DNA of 64,000 nt from Octopus vulgaris (GCA_951406725.2 OX597827.1:8556001-8620000), one strand, 5' to 3'. Shown: positions 26,459 through 39,538, numbered from the stretch's first letter. Made by a program: numbers and translations. The notes: generated by a model not told the origin, from the sequence alone.

Positions 26459-26529
26459 GCATCAGTGGTTCAGTGGTAGAATGCTCGCCTGCCATACAGG
26501 CGGCCCGGGTTCGTTTCGCGGCCGATGTA
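26459..26529 (+). tRNA. trnG: tRNA-Gly(GCC), probably a pseudogene
   Basis: GCATCAGTGGTTCAGTGGTAGAATGCTCGCCTGCCATACAGGCGGCCCGGGTTCGTTTCGCGGCCGATGTA matches the canonical 71-nt animal tRNA-Gly-GCC with ~7 substitutions that break pairs in the acceptor, anticodon and T stems and change the T-loop A58 to T. T7 terminator-like run at 26538-26544. Confidence 0.85.
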
Positions 26530-26540
26530 CAGATATGTTT

Positions 26541-26663
26541 TTTTATGTGAAAGAGGCTGACAAGTGTAGAGGAGGTATGATGTGGTTCTGTCAGATATAT
26601 TTGACATGACTACTGATAGGATTAATGTGCCAAAAATCATTTCTTGGGCTACTGTCAATAAAT
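26541..26663. repeat. Right arm of a perfect 123-bp inverted duplication
   Basis: Exact reverse complement of 24983-25105. Confidence 0.95.
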
Positions 26664-27312
26664 GTTTTTTTCGCAAATAGATTATTTTGATTAAAGGTGT
26701 TCTAGCTATAATAATAAACTATGTCTATCTCTTTCTTTTATAATGGCAGTGCCCCAGCATGGCCACAGCTCGTGAGCTGAAACTAGATAAAATTTAAAAA
26801 AAAATATATATATATATATTTATACACACATATATATCATCATCATCCTTATCATCATATATATATGTATATATGCATATAAATATTTATGTAAATATGT
26901 ACATAAATATATATGTCTCTGTGTTCACTTACACATACATAAATATATATGACTATATTGAGTCCATCATTATTATCATCATTTTTACTTTCCTTTCAAA
27001 GCTGGCATGAGTTAGAAGCAACATTACAATCTGTTCTAATTCTTATTTAGTTCTACTGCCTTCCTAGACAGGTCAGACAAACATGTCTGAAACACAGGGT
27101 TTACTTTTGGTATGATTTCTATGGAAAGACACTCTTCTTAACACCACCTATATTAGAGCGGGTACTGGGTGCTGGTTACAATGCCTCACACAATATTCAG
27201 CTAGGGTCTTTTGCAACCCACTAAGTACCAACTATTTTAAGCAAAGTGCTGAATGTGCTCTACTGTGGTCCCAACACTACAAAATTTGCACTGTACTCCA
27301 TAATATTAAATA

Positions 27313-27412
27313 CAGAGCGTAGGCTCGAAACATTAAAGACTTTTTCACTTCCTGAGTGTTATACTAATACATCTGTTTGTTGTCTACACCACCTGTCTTT
27401 GTCTTTTGTTTA
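27313..27412 (+). mobile_element. Short TA-associated repeat (copy 2, 5'-truncated)
   Basis: gagcgtaggctcgaaacattaaagactttttcacttcctgagtgttatactaatacatctgtttg... matches 563-660. Confidence 0.5.
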
Positions 27413-27427
27413 TATATATATATATAC

Positions 27428-27488
<61 letters not shown>

Positions 27489-27505
27489 CAAGATATATGC
27501 ATATA

Positions 27506-27543
<38 letters not shown>

Positions 27544-27573
27544 CACAGACACACACACACACACACACACACG

Positions 27574-27618
<45 letters not shown>

Positions 27619-27747
27619 CACACTAGCCATCTATACAAGTTTACACTTAGGGATGTCAGAAATGATCAGCTGCCACCTAATCAATTACAAATCAAATTCT
27701 AGGCAAAACAATTTCACCAAGCTGACAAGAAATAGAAGCATATATAT

Positions 27748-28141
27748 AAGATAAGATAAGTGGCACTCCATCAGTTATGATGATGAAGGTTCCAGATGAT
27801 CTGATCAATGGAACAGCCTGCTTGTGAAATTAACATGCAAGTGGCTGAGGACTCCACAGACATGTGTACCCTTCACATAGTTCTTGGGAAGATTTAGCAT
27901 GACACAGAGTGTGACAAGGCTGACCCTTTGAAATACAGGTACAACAGAAACAAGGAAGAAAGATTGAAAGAAAGTTGTAGCAAATAAGTACAGCAGGGTT
28001 CACCATCACACCCTGCTGGAGCTTCATGGAGCTTTAGGCGTTTTCGCTCAATAAACACTCACCACACCCGGTCTGGGAATCGAAACTGCGATCCTACGAC
28101 CGCGAGTCCACTGCCCTAACCAATGGGCCATTGCGCCTCCA
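27748..28141 (-). mobile_element. SINE family C
   Basis: Reverse-complement homolog of 59531-59910, with an (ATCTT)n tail. Confidence 0.85.
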
Positions 28142-28278
28142 CTATATATATCTATATATACATACACCCGCACACACACACACACATACATATATATACA
28201 TATATGTATATATATATATATATATGAAAAAACAAGTCAAAAATAGAAAATGCTAAGATGATTTTATAGTGAATCTTT

Positions 28279-28316
28279 CAGTACCGGTTTCGGTCATTTT
28301 GAGACCTTTTCAACTG
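28279..28316 (-). ncRNA. Mirror copy of the minimal hammerhead motif in the left arm of the foldback
   Basis: Exact reverse complement of 28461-28498. Confidence 0.7.
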
Positions 28317-28460
28317 TAACGATTAAATAATTAAATTTAGAAAAATTTAGAAAAATTAGAAGAAAGGTTTTTTTAAAGGAATACTTCCATAGTAGTGTTC
28401 AGATATAAACCTTTCTTCTAATTTTTCTAAATTTTTCTAAATTTAATTATTTAATCATTA

Positions 28461-28498
28461 CAGTTGAAAAGGTCTCAAAATGACCGAAACCGGTACTG
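28461..28498 (+). ncRNA. Minimal type-I hammerhead ribozyme motif (Penelope type, U3-A8 covariant core)
   Basis: cag-TTGAAAA-ggtc-tcaaaat-gacc-GAAA-ccgg-TA-ctg: stem I cag/ctg, core U3UGAAA8A9, stem II ggtc/gacc, GAAA, palindromic stem III CCGG, GUA cleavage triplet. Confidence 0.7.
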
Positions 28499-28581
28499 AA
28501 AGATTCACTATAAAATCATCTTAGCATTTTCTATTTTTGACTTGTTTTTTCATATATATCAACTCGTGTGTTCCTTTCCAC

Positions 28582-28618
<37 letters not shown>

Positions 28619-29278
28619 CATATGTATGTATATGTGTGTATGCATATACACACATACATACATATATAACTACCTATCTACATACATATATAAACATAGA
28701 AGTTTTATGCTCAATAAACAAAGAAAAATATGCAGATTTTATTTGGAAATATATACTTTCTCTTGTAGTGTTAGTATTAGTATCAATTGATTTAATTAAG
28801 CCAATTAACTTGAACCAGGTAAACTGCATTCTTCTATTGCTGAATGCATTATTTCAATACAATGCATGTTACTATTATATATACACTTGATTCTAAAAGT
28901 GAGTGAAAAAGTCACAGGGAAAAAGTCACCGAAAAAAAAAAATAACAGTACACAGAAGAAAGGTCACAAAAAATAAGTAAAAGGGTGAAGGTGGGGGTAA
29001 AAGAGTCGCAGAAGTCACAGGTAAAAGTTAGAGACTTTTGATTGAGACAATGCTAGTTTTTGTACCATTTCTGTATTTCCTTGCTTCCTTCACATACATG
29101 TCTGAGTGTTTCATGATTTTATTGTCATTGTGTACAATTTGCATCATAATAGTTAAGAAGTGGCTTAATATAGTATGTTGAACTTAATCACTTTCATTAT
29201 ATATATATATCTTTTTACACTTGTTTCAGTTATTACACTCTGGACATGCTGGGGCACCATATATATATATATATACAT

Positions 29279-29341
<63 letters not shown>

Positions 29342-31403
29342 TATATATGTATATATATACATATACATACATACATACATATATATATACATAAACACAC
29401 ACACACATATATATATATCATCATCATTATTGGACGTTAAACGATGATGATGATTATATATATATATATATATATATATATGCATGTATATGTATATATA
29501 TATGTATGTATGTATGTATGTATATGTATATATGTATGTATGTATATTTAAATGAAATGTGGTAGATTTTACCAAATTTTTCCTTTGACAAAAATTGTGA
29601 CCTTTTTTTTACTTTATCAAAATGTGGACTTTTCTCCTAATTATACTTAATTCTAACTTTTTCTTTAATAAAAAAAATGTAAATTTTTATCTATGACCTT
29701 GTATGTATTCAAGTAACACCAATCTATATTTATAGTACACTGTTTAAGATGATGAGCTTATAATAATACAGAATATATTGTAGTATAGCATAACGTAGAT
29801 ACTAACGTTAGGGGTGTTGAGTTCAAAACGAACTTGAACTTAAAATCTAAGTCCCCAAATTAGTTACCATAAGTTATATAAACCATTTTGACTAGTTGAA
29901 AACAATGTGAATCATCTATATTCTATATATTGTAATAATTATGCATCTTGATTAAATGCAAAACTTATTTTGTGAAACTGAATACAACCAAATAATCAAT
30001 GTTCTGCATTTCACAGGTATGTTCTGAATTTTATTGATTCTGCTAAGATGAAATTAAAATTGTTGCTAATATGAACTAAAGTGAAGATGTCAGGATGGTT
30101 TGGCAAAGTAAAGATAAGAGGGCTACTGTAAAGAAAAGTACAGGAGGATCAGTTAATTATGGTTCTATTCAACTTATTCCCCTCTGCACTTATTCCAACG
30201 GTCCTCCAGTTTTTCTAAGCCCTGTAAAAGAACTTGGAAGGTTGGGCCCCCAGCCAGGCCCTTTGTGATACCCATAAAGCCAGGAACTTTTCAGCACCCC
30301 CTCATAAATAAATAAATAAATAAATAAATAAATATGTAAATAAACATTGTACTTTAAGTAATGCAAATTGACTCTTCGCTATACTCTTATCACTGTGATC
30401 TTTAATTGCAATTTCTTGTGTATAGATACAGGATACTTTTTGTAAGGGGAGAAGGGACAGTAAGTTTCAATATGTTGCCAGTATTTTTTGCTTTCCTTGT
30501 CACTGGCAGGGAAAAATGAAAATGAAAACTTTACCCTAGCGTCAATCGAACTCACAACACTGAGGTAACCAACTTAGAAATAAAATATCATGTAGTCTAT
30601 CTAACTGCTAAGTGTATGCTATACAGAACACTTTTAACACTGCATATTGTAAAATAAACATCATAGATCAGACATCAACAACAACAAAAATGTTAACAAC
30701 AAAAACAATTCCAACTTAGATTAACAACATAAACATCTGTTGTTGTTGTTATATTTATTACTTATTGTTTTGGTTTTTTTCCCTTGCATAGGAACAAGAT
30801 ACAAGATTTATCAAAGAGGCAAAATGAGATTGTGTAACATTCATGCTCTTTATAAGGACTTTGTTACTAGAAGATAGTTTAACCTACAGTCACACTTAAA
30901 ATACTAAAGTTATTGTGAAAAACAAAACGACAGTTAAATATTAGAATATCGATACAGACTATAGTATAGAAATAAATAAATAAATGATGGTTCGAAAAAT
31001 AAAATAATAATTTTTTTTTATTTCCTTAAACTGAAAAATTACTGACTAGACATTCTTATTTAAGTAAAATACATTTTAACTATTAGATATCTAAACAACT
31101 TTAGATAGTGATCACAACCATATATTTCAACTTTTCCATCAAGAATATAACATACAGATATTATATACAGTATGTGTAATATAAAATATAAATATAAAAA
31201 CTTGTATTACAAAAATATAGTAAACGATGTAAGTAGTTTGTTTCTTTTGATAAATCATATCAAAGTATAGAAGGTTTTTTCACTTAGTTTAAAAAACATT
31301 ACAAGATAAAATATAATCTATTTATCTGTTTATATATTCATTCATCTCCTCACTTTTTTTTATATATTTGTGATTTGTGATAATTAATACCCTCACCTAC
31401 ACC

Positions 31404-31480
<77 letters not shown>

Positions 31481-31535
31481 GTATATATGTATATATATAT
31501 ATGCATATACATATATATATATGTATGTATGTTTG

Positions 31536-31571
<36 letters not shown>

Positions 31572-31621
31572 TGTATATATGTATATATATACACTCGGAA
31601 AATTAAGAGAAGCTTACTTAC

Positions 31622-31700
31622 TTGTGTCACTAAATCCATTGCAGTTTGTCGTTAAATGAGACATGTATCCTGCTGTAGAGTTGTGCAGTCAATGCTGACT
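31622..31700 (-). other. Putative 5' non-coding first exon of the protocadherin
   Basis: Consensus donor CAA|GTAAGT at 31622/31621 in unique sequence. The large exon starts with an acceptor ~40 nt before its ATG, so an upstream UTR exon is needed. The 5' boundary is a guess. Confidence 0.4.
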
Positions 31701-31960
31701 GCTGTTGTGTGCTAGCAGAGTTATATGTGGCTTGGTCTGTGTTGTTGTGTGGATATATATATATGGGAGAGAGGTCTGCAGTTCTACTAAGTGAGGTGTA
31801 TCTATGTAATGTCTGTTGCAGCCAATGTCTGGCTGGCTGGCTGGTTGGTTGGTTGGTTGGTTGGCTGGCTGGCTGGTTGTTTTGGAAGTGGCAGGGGAAG
31901 GTGTAGGGGTGGGGGTGGGGGTGGGGGTGGAAGGAGGGAGGGAGGGGGGTCACAAAAGAA
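31690..31960 (-). promoter_or_regulatory. Putative protocadherin promoter
   Basis: Minus-strand CATATAA near 31721-31727, about 25 nt upstream of an Inr-like GCAGTC; CCAAT near 31822; (GGCT/GGTT)n and (GGGGT)n GT/GC-box-like tract at 31893-31950. Confidence 0.3.
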
Positions 31961-32317
31961 AAGGGGGAACAAAATTTTCCTCTTCTAACACTTTTAAAAG
32001 AATGAGTCATTTATAATTCAATGTACACAGACTTAACTCATGTTTTTGGGTATGCTTATTGGAATTTAATTTTTAGGTTCTAAGTAAACTTCATGTACAT
32101 ATATATATATATAAACATAAATATATATATACATATATATACACACGGGGAGAGAGAGAAAGAAATACATATGCATGTGTGTGTGTGTGTGAGCAGTTAG
32201 ATAGATAGATAGACATACATATTTGTGCACATGCATATGTACATAGTTATATATAATATGGTATATATATGCAAATACATATACACACATATAATATACA
32301 TACATATATATATACAT

Positions 32318-32364
<47 letters not shown>

Positions 32365-32401
32365 TATATATATATATACACATATATGTATATACATATA
32401 A

Positions 32402-32455
<54 letters not shown>

Positions 32456-32471
32456 ATATACATATACATAT

Positions 32472-32505
<34 letters not shown>

Positions 32506-32860
32506 GCACTTATATATATATATAATGTATCTCTCGCTCTCACTTTATATATTTTTTTTTTGGGTAATTGCATATAGAAGAGAAAATATAACTAAATTAT
32601 GAAAATTTAATGATATTTAAAGAGTATGTATCTTTTGTTTTACTTCTAATTAAATTTATCTCACTCAAGCCAGACTTTCTGAAACAGCAGCATATTATGA
32701 AGCTTTACTTATATTCACTAAAATTTCAACCAACTACAAGTTCACTTCTACCAAATACTCTCATGGAATATTTTGAAACAAACTTATTTTCATGGTTGTT
32801 TTTGTATTGGTTGTTGCTGCTGCTGTTGCAGTTGTTGTTTTTCATATTATCACTGTTGTT

Positions 32861-32883
32861 ATCATCATCATCATCATCATGAC

Positions 32884-32940
<57 letters not shown>

Positions 32941-32955
32941 TATTATTATTATTAC

Positions 32956-33015
<60 letters not shown>
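32861..33015. repeat. (CAT)n/(TAT)n microsatellite
   Basis: Seen directly. Confidence 0.95.
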
Positions 33016-33016
<1 letters not shown>

Positions 33017-33194
33017 TTTTGTTGTAAAGAACCTATTGCTGTCAGTTTAGTTTTTACATGACCGCTTCAATTATGCTTTTATCTTATACATGTACATACA
33101 CATATTTATATATATTTATGTACACACACATTTCTATATACATGAATACATACAAATATACATATATATCATACATATATGCATACTGCATATT

Positions 33195-33230
<36 letters not shown>

Positions 33231-33508
33231 TAGATATATATATATGTACATATTTATATATGTATGTGTGTATGTGTGTATTAATTACTTTGTGAATATT
33301 TAATTTCATATTGTAGACTCTGCAGAACAAAACCCTTTTTTTTACATTTTTACATTTTCTATGATTATATTGGCTGCTAAATTCATAAAACTTTTATTCT
33401 ATCTTTCAAGTTGACTTTTCTAATTTGAAGTATACTAGTGCACTAACTTCTGGTAAGTTTTCTATGCTCAGGACTCCAGCTAATAGTATTTGATAAGTTC
33501 AAGTGATG

Positions 33509-33583
<75 letters not shown>

Positions 33584-33948
33584 ATATATATATGTGTGTG
33601 TATGTATGTATATATATATATGCTTATATATATATATATATATATATACATACACACACACACCCACAGAGTGAGACAGACGATTATATATATATATATG
33701 TTTCTTTATTGGCCACACAGGGCTGGACACAGAGGGGACAAAATACAAAGTAGAGCTTATATAGATAGATAAATTGATAAATAGATAAACAGATGGATAG
33801 ATAGATATAGATATATATATACATGTGTGTATGCGTGTGTTGTTATGTATGCATGTGTGTGTAGATATATGCATACATATATATATGTATATCATGTATA
33901 CATACACATAGACACAAACACACACACGCATGTGTGTGTATGTATGTT

Positions 33949-33994
<46 letters not shown>

Positions 33995-36900
33995 TGTGTG
34001 AGTGTGCATGTGCACATATGCTTGTGTGTGTGTTTACGTTGTGGTGATATAGCAAAATATTTCTATAATATAATGTTAAAGAACTGTATTTCTATCACAT
34101 TTTATCAAAAGACTATATCATTATGCAAGTGACAAGTCAAGTGTGGAAAGAAAAAAAATTGCAGGGACGGCAATAGTCATGAAACAAAGCAATCTGTTTG
34201 AAATATGGAGCATTTTTTCTCTCTATGTATTTATATCTACTTCATCATAAAGTGGAAATACACATTCCCATCCTTCCACAATAAATTCTACGTTTGAAAC
34301 AGATCAAACAACTGTATTTGTAAAGACTTCAAATTGAATGTCAATCTCATTATGGTGCCACATATTTCAAATTGAATTGATATGTAAAATTAAGTTTAAC
34401 TGCCGGGAAGAACTGACCTTGCTTTTTCTGGAAGCATAAGTTCAGTCAACAAGATACAGCTAAATAGCTCTGTTTATAAACTAAATTCTTGTATTTCTTT
34501 ATTTGAAATTTAAAATTTCCACAGCAGCACATGTTTGGAAGTAAAGTATAAAAGAAAAATAGCTATTTAATGATTTTCTTTAATATCAACGCTAATTAAT
34601 TGCCGCAGATGTAAGAGAGCATGAGTTATTTTTATGCCTCCTACTCTGCTGATGCTAAAAACCTTTGCGTTTCATCTTTCTGGGGATTTGATATAAATAT
34701 TATTTTCTTGTTATTTAGCCACCGGTCAGCTCTCATTTGGTAAATCCATGGTATAAGCTCTCTTAACTCTGATGATCCCAACCTTATGTAAATCTCAGAG
34801 TACTTTGTCAAACATGTCCTTTTTATGAAATGGTAAAGAAGATGTGGCTATTGACTTTAGCTGCTGGATCAACTGAATTACTGCATTCCTACTGAATCAC
34901 AATTAGTATCAGTAGGATCACTAGTTTGAATGAATTAACTAAACACTCATTACATCAAATTTAGACTTGTGTCTGATCAAACATCAAAATCAACACAGGA
35001 TACAGTTTCAGAAACTGCTTTCCTGAAAACTTATAATGGTAAGAAATGGTTCTTCAAGAGGCAAGCATTCAGAAATATATATTTAAAAAAAAGTGATTGT
35101 ATGCAGCATGTAAATATAATCAGTAATTGTATATAAATCAACTCTATTACTACTTCAAACCAATCAACAGTCTTCACATTGTTGTTCATGTTATTGTTTC
35201 ACTTGTGGCCAATTCATAAAAAAAAAAATTATCGTCATTAGTAACAAAAAGGACAATCATACTCATGTAAGGAAAGATTCATTTCATTAATGTTTATAAT
35301 AATAATAAAGCTTTTAAGTTGAACATGCTAATTTCAAGCGTTAGGTTTCTGAAAATGGTATTGTTATCAAATACGTATATTAAAGAACATTTATGAGAAA
35401 ATTTGCTAACTGCTCTAAGACAACTGGAAAATATATCTTTCAATGAAGGAAGTAGACAAAAACAATGTCTTGTCTTTCTTCACAATTTCTAACAACTATT
35501 CATCCAATACGAAAGAAATTAGTAAAGAAAACTAAAAGATATTCTTCACATGTTAATAAAATACTATTTTTTTTAATGTTTACTTCAGAAGTAATTGTTT
35601 TATTACCTAAATATATATATATATATATTTATTTGTTTTTTAGTGTAAAAAGCAAACTAAATGCATTTTATTTGATATAATAAAAATTAGTTATGCGTTC
35701 ATGTTTAAAGTAATGTTTTATCGTATGAAAATAAGAATGGTTTTGAGACAAATATCAGCTTCAAAGAATTAAAAGAGACACAAGCATTTTGATAAAAAAA
35801 AAAAGGTATCTGAAGTAAGTTTTATATAATCCACTTAATTCATCTAGAAATTACTCAAGTAAATGATGGGGTTAAATAGGAATATTTTTTATGACTTTTA
35901 GAGAATTTAAGATAATCCATAGTATTAATGGCAAGGTGGGGAGGCGAGAAAGAGTAAAAGCAGAATGAATAAAGAAGAACTTGTGGAGAAAGAGAGAAAG
36001 GAAATTGTGTTTTAATCTATTGTATATAATATCTGTATAGTTTGTAAAGTAAGAATCTCTCATAATCTTCGTCCAAAATAAGAAGATCCGGATACTGTTT
36101 TTAACCAATTTATCCTAGGATGATAAAAATGAAAAAAAAAGTTAAGTTGATAGATATCTTTTTTTTTTATCTAGGAATACTAAAATATCTAAGTATTCAG
36201 AAATTGTTGGATATATAATTAAATATATAGTAATATCAGAGGCAAACATTTTCAAACAATTTTTGAATTGAATGATATAAACAAATAAAATTGTACTAAA
36301 AATTTCTTTCTTTTAAGAAATGTATACTGAACCAACTGAAAACTTTGCTTTAATATTACATTGCTTATTTATAACCTATACTTTTGTTTTCATAGTTATG
36401 GTTAATGTTTCCAGAGTTTCCATAGCTAGAATTCTGAGTTGTAGATTATGTCTTAAAAGATTAATAAATGAATTAGGGTATGAATGGTAAGCCTCAAACG
36501 CCATCATAAACAGGAATAGATTTACTTTTAGCCATGTAACGAAATGCAATAAAAATATCAAGGCAATATGATTTGATATATTTTCACCCAATGTTATTAG
36601 TGTTCTCCAATAAAGCAAATAGGAATGTACATCTGTTCATGAATCACATTGCAGGTTAGGGCGTACATTTATGAGTATTAAAAGCACCTAGCTACAGATA
36701 TTGGTCTCGTTGCTTGGCCACTAATGAACAACTTTCGACTATAAATGAAATCTCTGAACGTTGGAAAGGAGAATTCCATACGTAAGTAATTTGAGGTGGG
36801 GAGTTCAGGAGGAGTCATCAGCTGTACAAAGATTGTGTGAGATCTATACTTCTGCAAGACCAACCAATAATTAAAAAAATAAATAAATGAATGAATGAAT

Positions 36901-37161
36901 GAAAGAAGTAAAAAAAAAAAAGAAAATATAGAATAAACAAAATATGTTGAGGAGTAATATTTCAAGTGTTGAGGTATCTATATAGCTATGTATGCATGAA
37001 TATATGCATGTATATATGCATGTATGCATGTTAATGTATGTGTGTAAATATATACATTATTGATACATGTTCATATATGTACATATGAATGTATGTATGT
37101 ATGAATGTATGTATATATATATACATACACACACACACACATATATATATACATATATATG

Positions 37162-37192
<31 letters not shown>

Positions 37193-38356
37193 ATACATTA
37201 TACACATACAAACACACACACATATATATATATACACATGTACACACACATGTGAAGCAAATATTATGATTGAGAAATAATAGAAAGATCAGGAGAAAAG
37301 TTGGAAGAAATAATAAGAGAGAGATCTAAGATAAATTACCATTATATACTATGTTCACAATTCTAAATTCTAGCTGCTTTTGAAATGTCTGCTACATCAA
37401 ATGATGAGACTAAATAGAAAATGCTGCTGGCATAATCATAGATTCCAGATTACTACCTATTACTTATTTAAATGTAAGTGGTAAAGATTTTGAGCGGCTG
37501 TAGGAAATTATGAAAATATGCATTTAGAAACTCTTAACTTGCTAATTAAAGAGAATTTCCTTGAAGATGATATAATTTATCTCAGAAAAAGAAACTCTTA
37601 TCTCAGTGAAACCAATTAAAGAAGTTTTATGTATCCAAATAACACTACTGTTGACAATAAATTAGATCTACACCAAATTAGCAAATGTCTGTTAAAAATG
37701 GAAATATCACTGGTTGAAACATTTTTTCTATCTACACTGGAAACTGTGTTTTGATGTATATGTCAATGTGTATGATCTATATGTCTATGTGTGTATTGTG
37801 TAATGCTTGTGTGTGGCATATTATGAGTGTATGGTGTATATGCCTATGTGTGTATGATATATTATATGTGAATAGACATAGATAAATAAATATATACATA
37901 AAAATGTATTTATTTACATAAGTATGGTGAATATACATACATACATATACATTATACATAAATATACCTATATCCATATACATACATTATCACATGTGTA
38001 TATATGTGTATACATATATGTTTGTTGTGCGCATAGATGTGTGTGTAATTCTCACTCACCACACATTCGTATACAAATAAAATCCATTAAGTTTTCTTCT
38101 ATTTTTGACTTTATTGATTTTTTTTCTCTAAAATTCATCTAAATTAATTTACAGATAGCTTGGTGGAAATAATGTTTGTTTAAAGGCTCTCAAAACAGTT
38201 TTAATGTATATTTGTTAACTTACACATAGCACCCGTATACTGCGATAAACAAGCATTCATTTTAAAGCCTTTCCAGTTTGCTCTCATTAAAACTACCAAA
38301 GAAGCTTTATAACACATTTGTAATCCTTATTTTTTCAAATAATTACTGTTATCATT

Positions 38357-38631
38357 TTAATTGTTTGAGTTGTTTGGAAGTGCAGGAAGAGGTTTTGAGA
38401 CATTGAAAGTGTTTCTTGTAGGAAGGTCCCAAGGTTGCAAGACTAGTTTACAGTTTCTACTGCCAACTGAGGTAGGTATTTGGTTAATATCATCACTGTA
38501 TATATTTTTATTTATATTAGAATGAAATGTATGTCTAGCACTGCTGCACGTATCCAATTGTCTGGAAGGAGTTTGAGGTAAAGAATTTCCATACGTTTTC
38601 AGGAACTTTTCCATTTTGCAAGAATTAGGAC
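38357..38631 (-). CDS. Putative terminal coding exon of an upstream same-strand gene, probably a protocadherin cytoplasmic tail
   Basis: Strong acceptor ttgttatttacttttgtag|GT (phase 1) at 38632/38631 inside ORF 38357..38713. Non-repetitive S/T/N/P-rich peptide GPNSCKMEKF...QPWDLPTRNTFNVSKPLPALPNNSNN*, followed by several kb of AT-rich, SINE-free sequence resembling a 3' UTR. The protocadherin assignment is inference. Confidence 0.65.
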
Positions 38632-38948
38632 CTACAAAAGTAAATAACAACAAGTTGTTGATTTTTTTTCTCTTCTTGTTTTTGGCAATAATCACAATTT
38701 TTTTGAATCTCAATATTAAATTTTATTTTTTACAATTTCGCATTAGTTTAAGTGTGTGTGTGTGTGTATGTGCATGCATGTGTGTAGTGTGTGAGAGAGA
38801 AAGAAATAGAGAGGAAGAAAGCAAGAGAGAGAGAGTACATGTGTATGTGAGACAGGGTATACCAGTAATTACTGGATAAAAGTGGAATACATATACACAA
38901 GATTGTGAGTGGATATGGAAGAATATGAATGCATAAAACTGAGTACAC

Positions 38949-39131
<183 letters not shown>

Positions 39132-39538
39132 CTGAGTATCTGCAAAACTGTATGTGAAGGCACATGGAAAGGAAAGGTCAAGAAAAAGAGAGGGAGAGAG
39201 AAAGGAAGAACAAGAAGTTGATAGAAAAGGAAAGAGGGAGAAAGAAGGAATATGATTGCGTTTTGAGAATTTGAATATTTGGATCTGTTTTGGTTGATAT
39301 ATTTAGATTTATTTTGTACAATATGTAATTTTATGCTACAAAAATAATTTCAAGTTATTTACCACTTAAACTATTTTACTTCATGTCAAATTAATTACGG
39401 TAAACTGCACTAAAACATTTTCTTTTCATGAACAGATTTTTATTTTTACTATTTATTATTTCATGCTTACCTAAATCCCCAACATTTTTTTTTCACCAAT
39501 TTTGCTTTCCCAAAAACTATATATATATATATACATAC

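Larger units (their letters stand above)
28218..28559. mobile_element. Foldback element, probably inverted Penelope-like pseudo-LTRs
   Basis: ~150-bp arms (28218-28369 / 28407-28559), reverse-complementary with one mismatch seen, ~37-bp spacer, embedded in TA repeats; each arm carries a hammerhead motif. Confidence 0.7.

Noticed and set aside
28905-29700. AAAAGTCAC repeats and inverted GTGACTTTT-like motifs as a Mutator/foldback relic
   Set aside because: No definable TIR ends or TSD.
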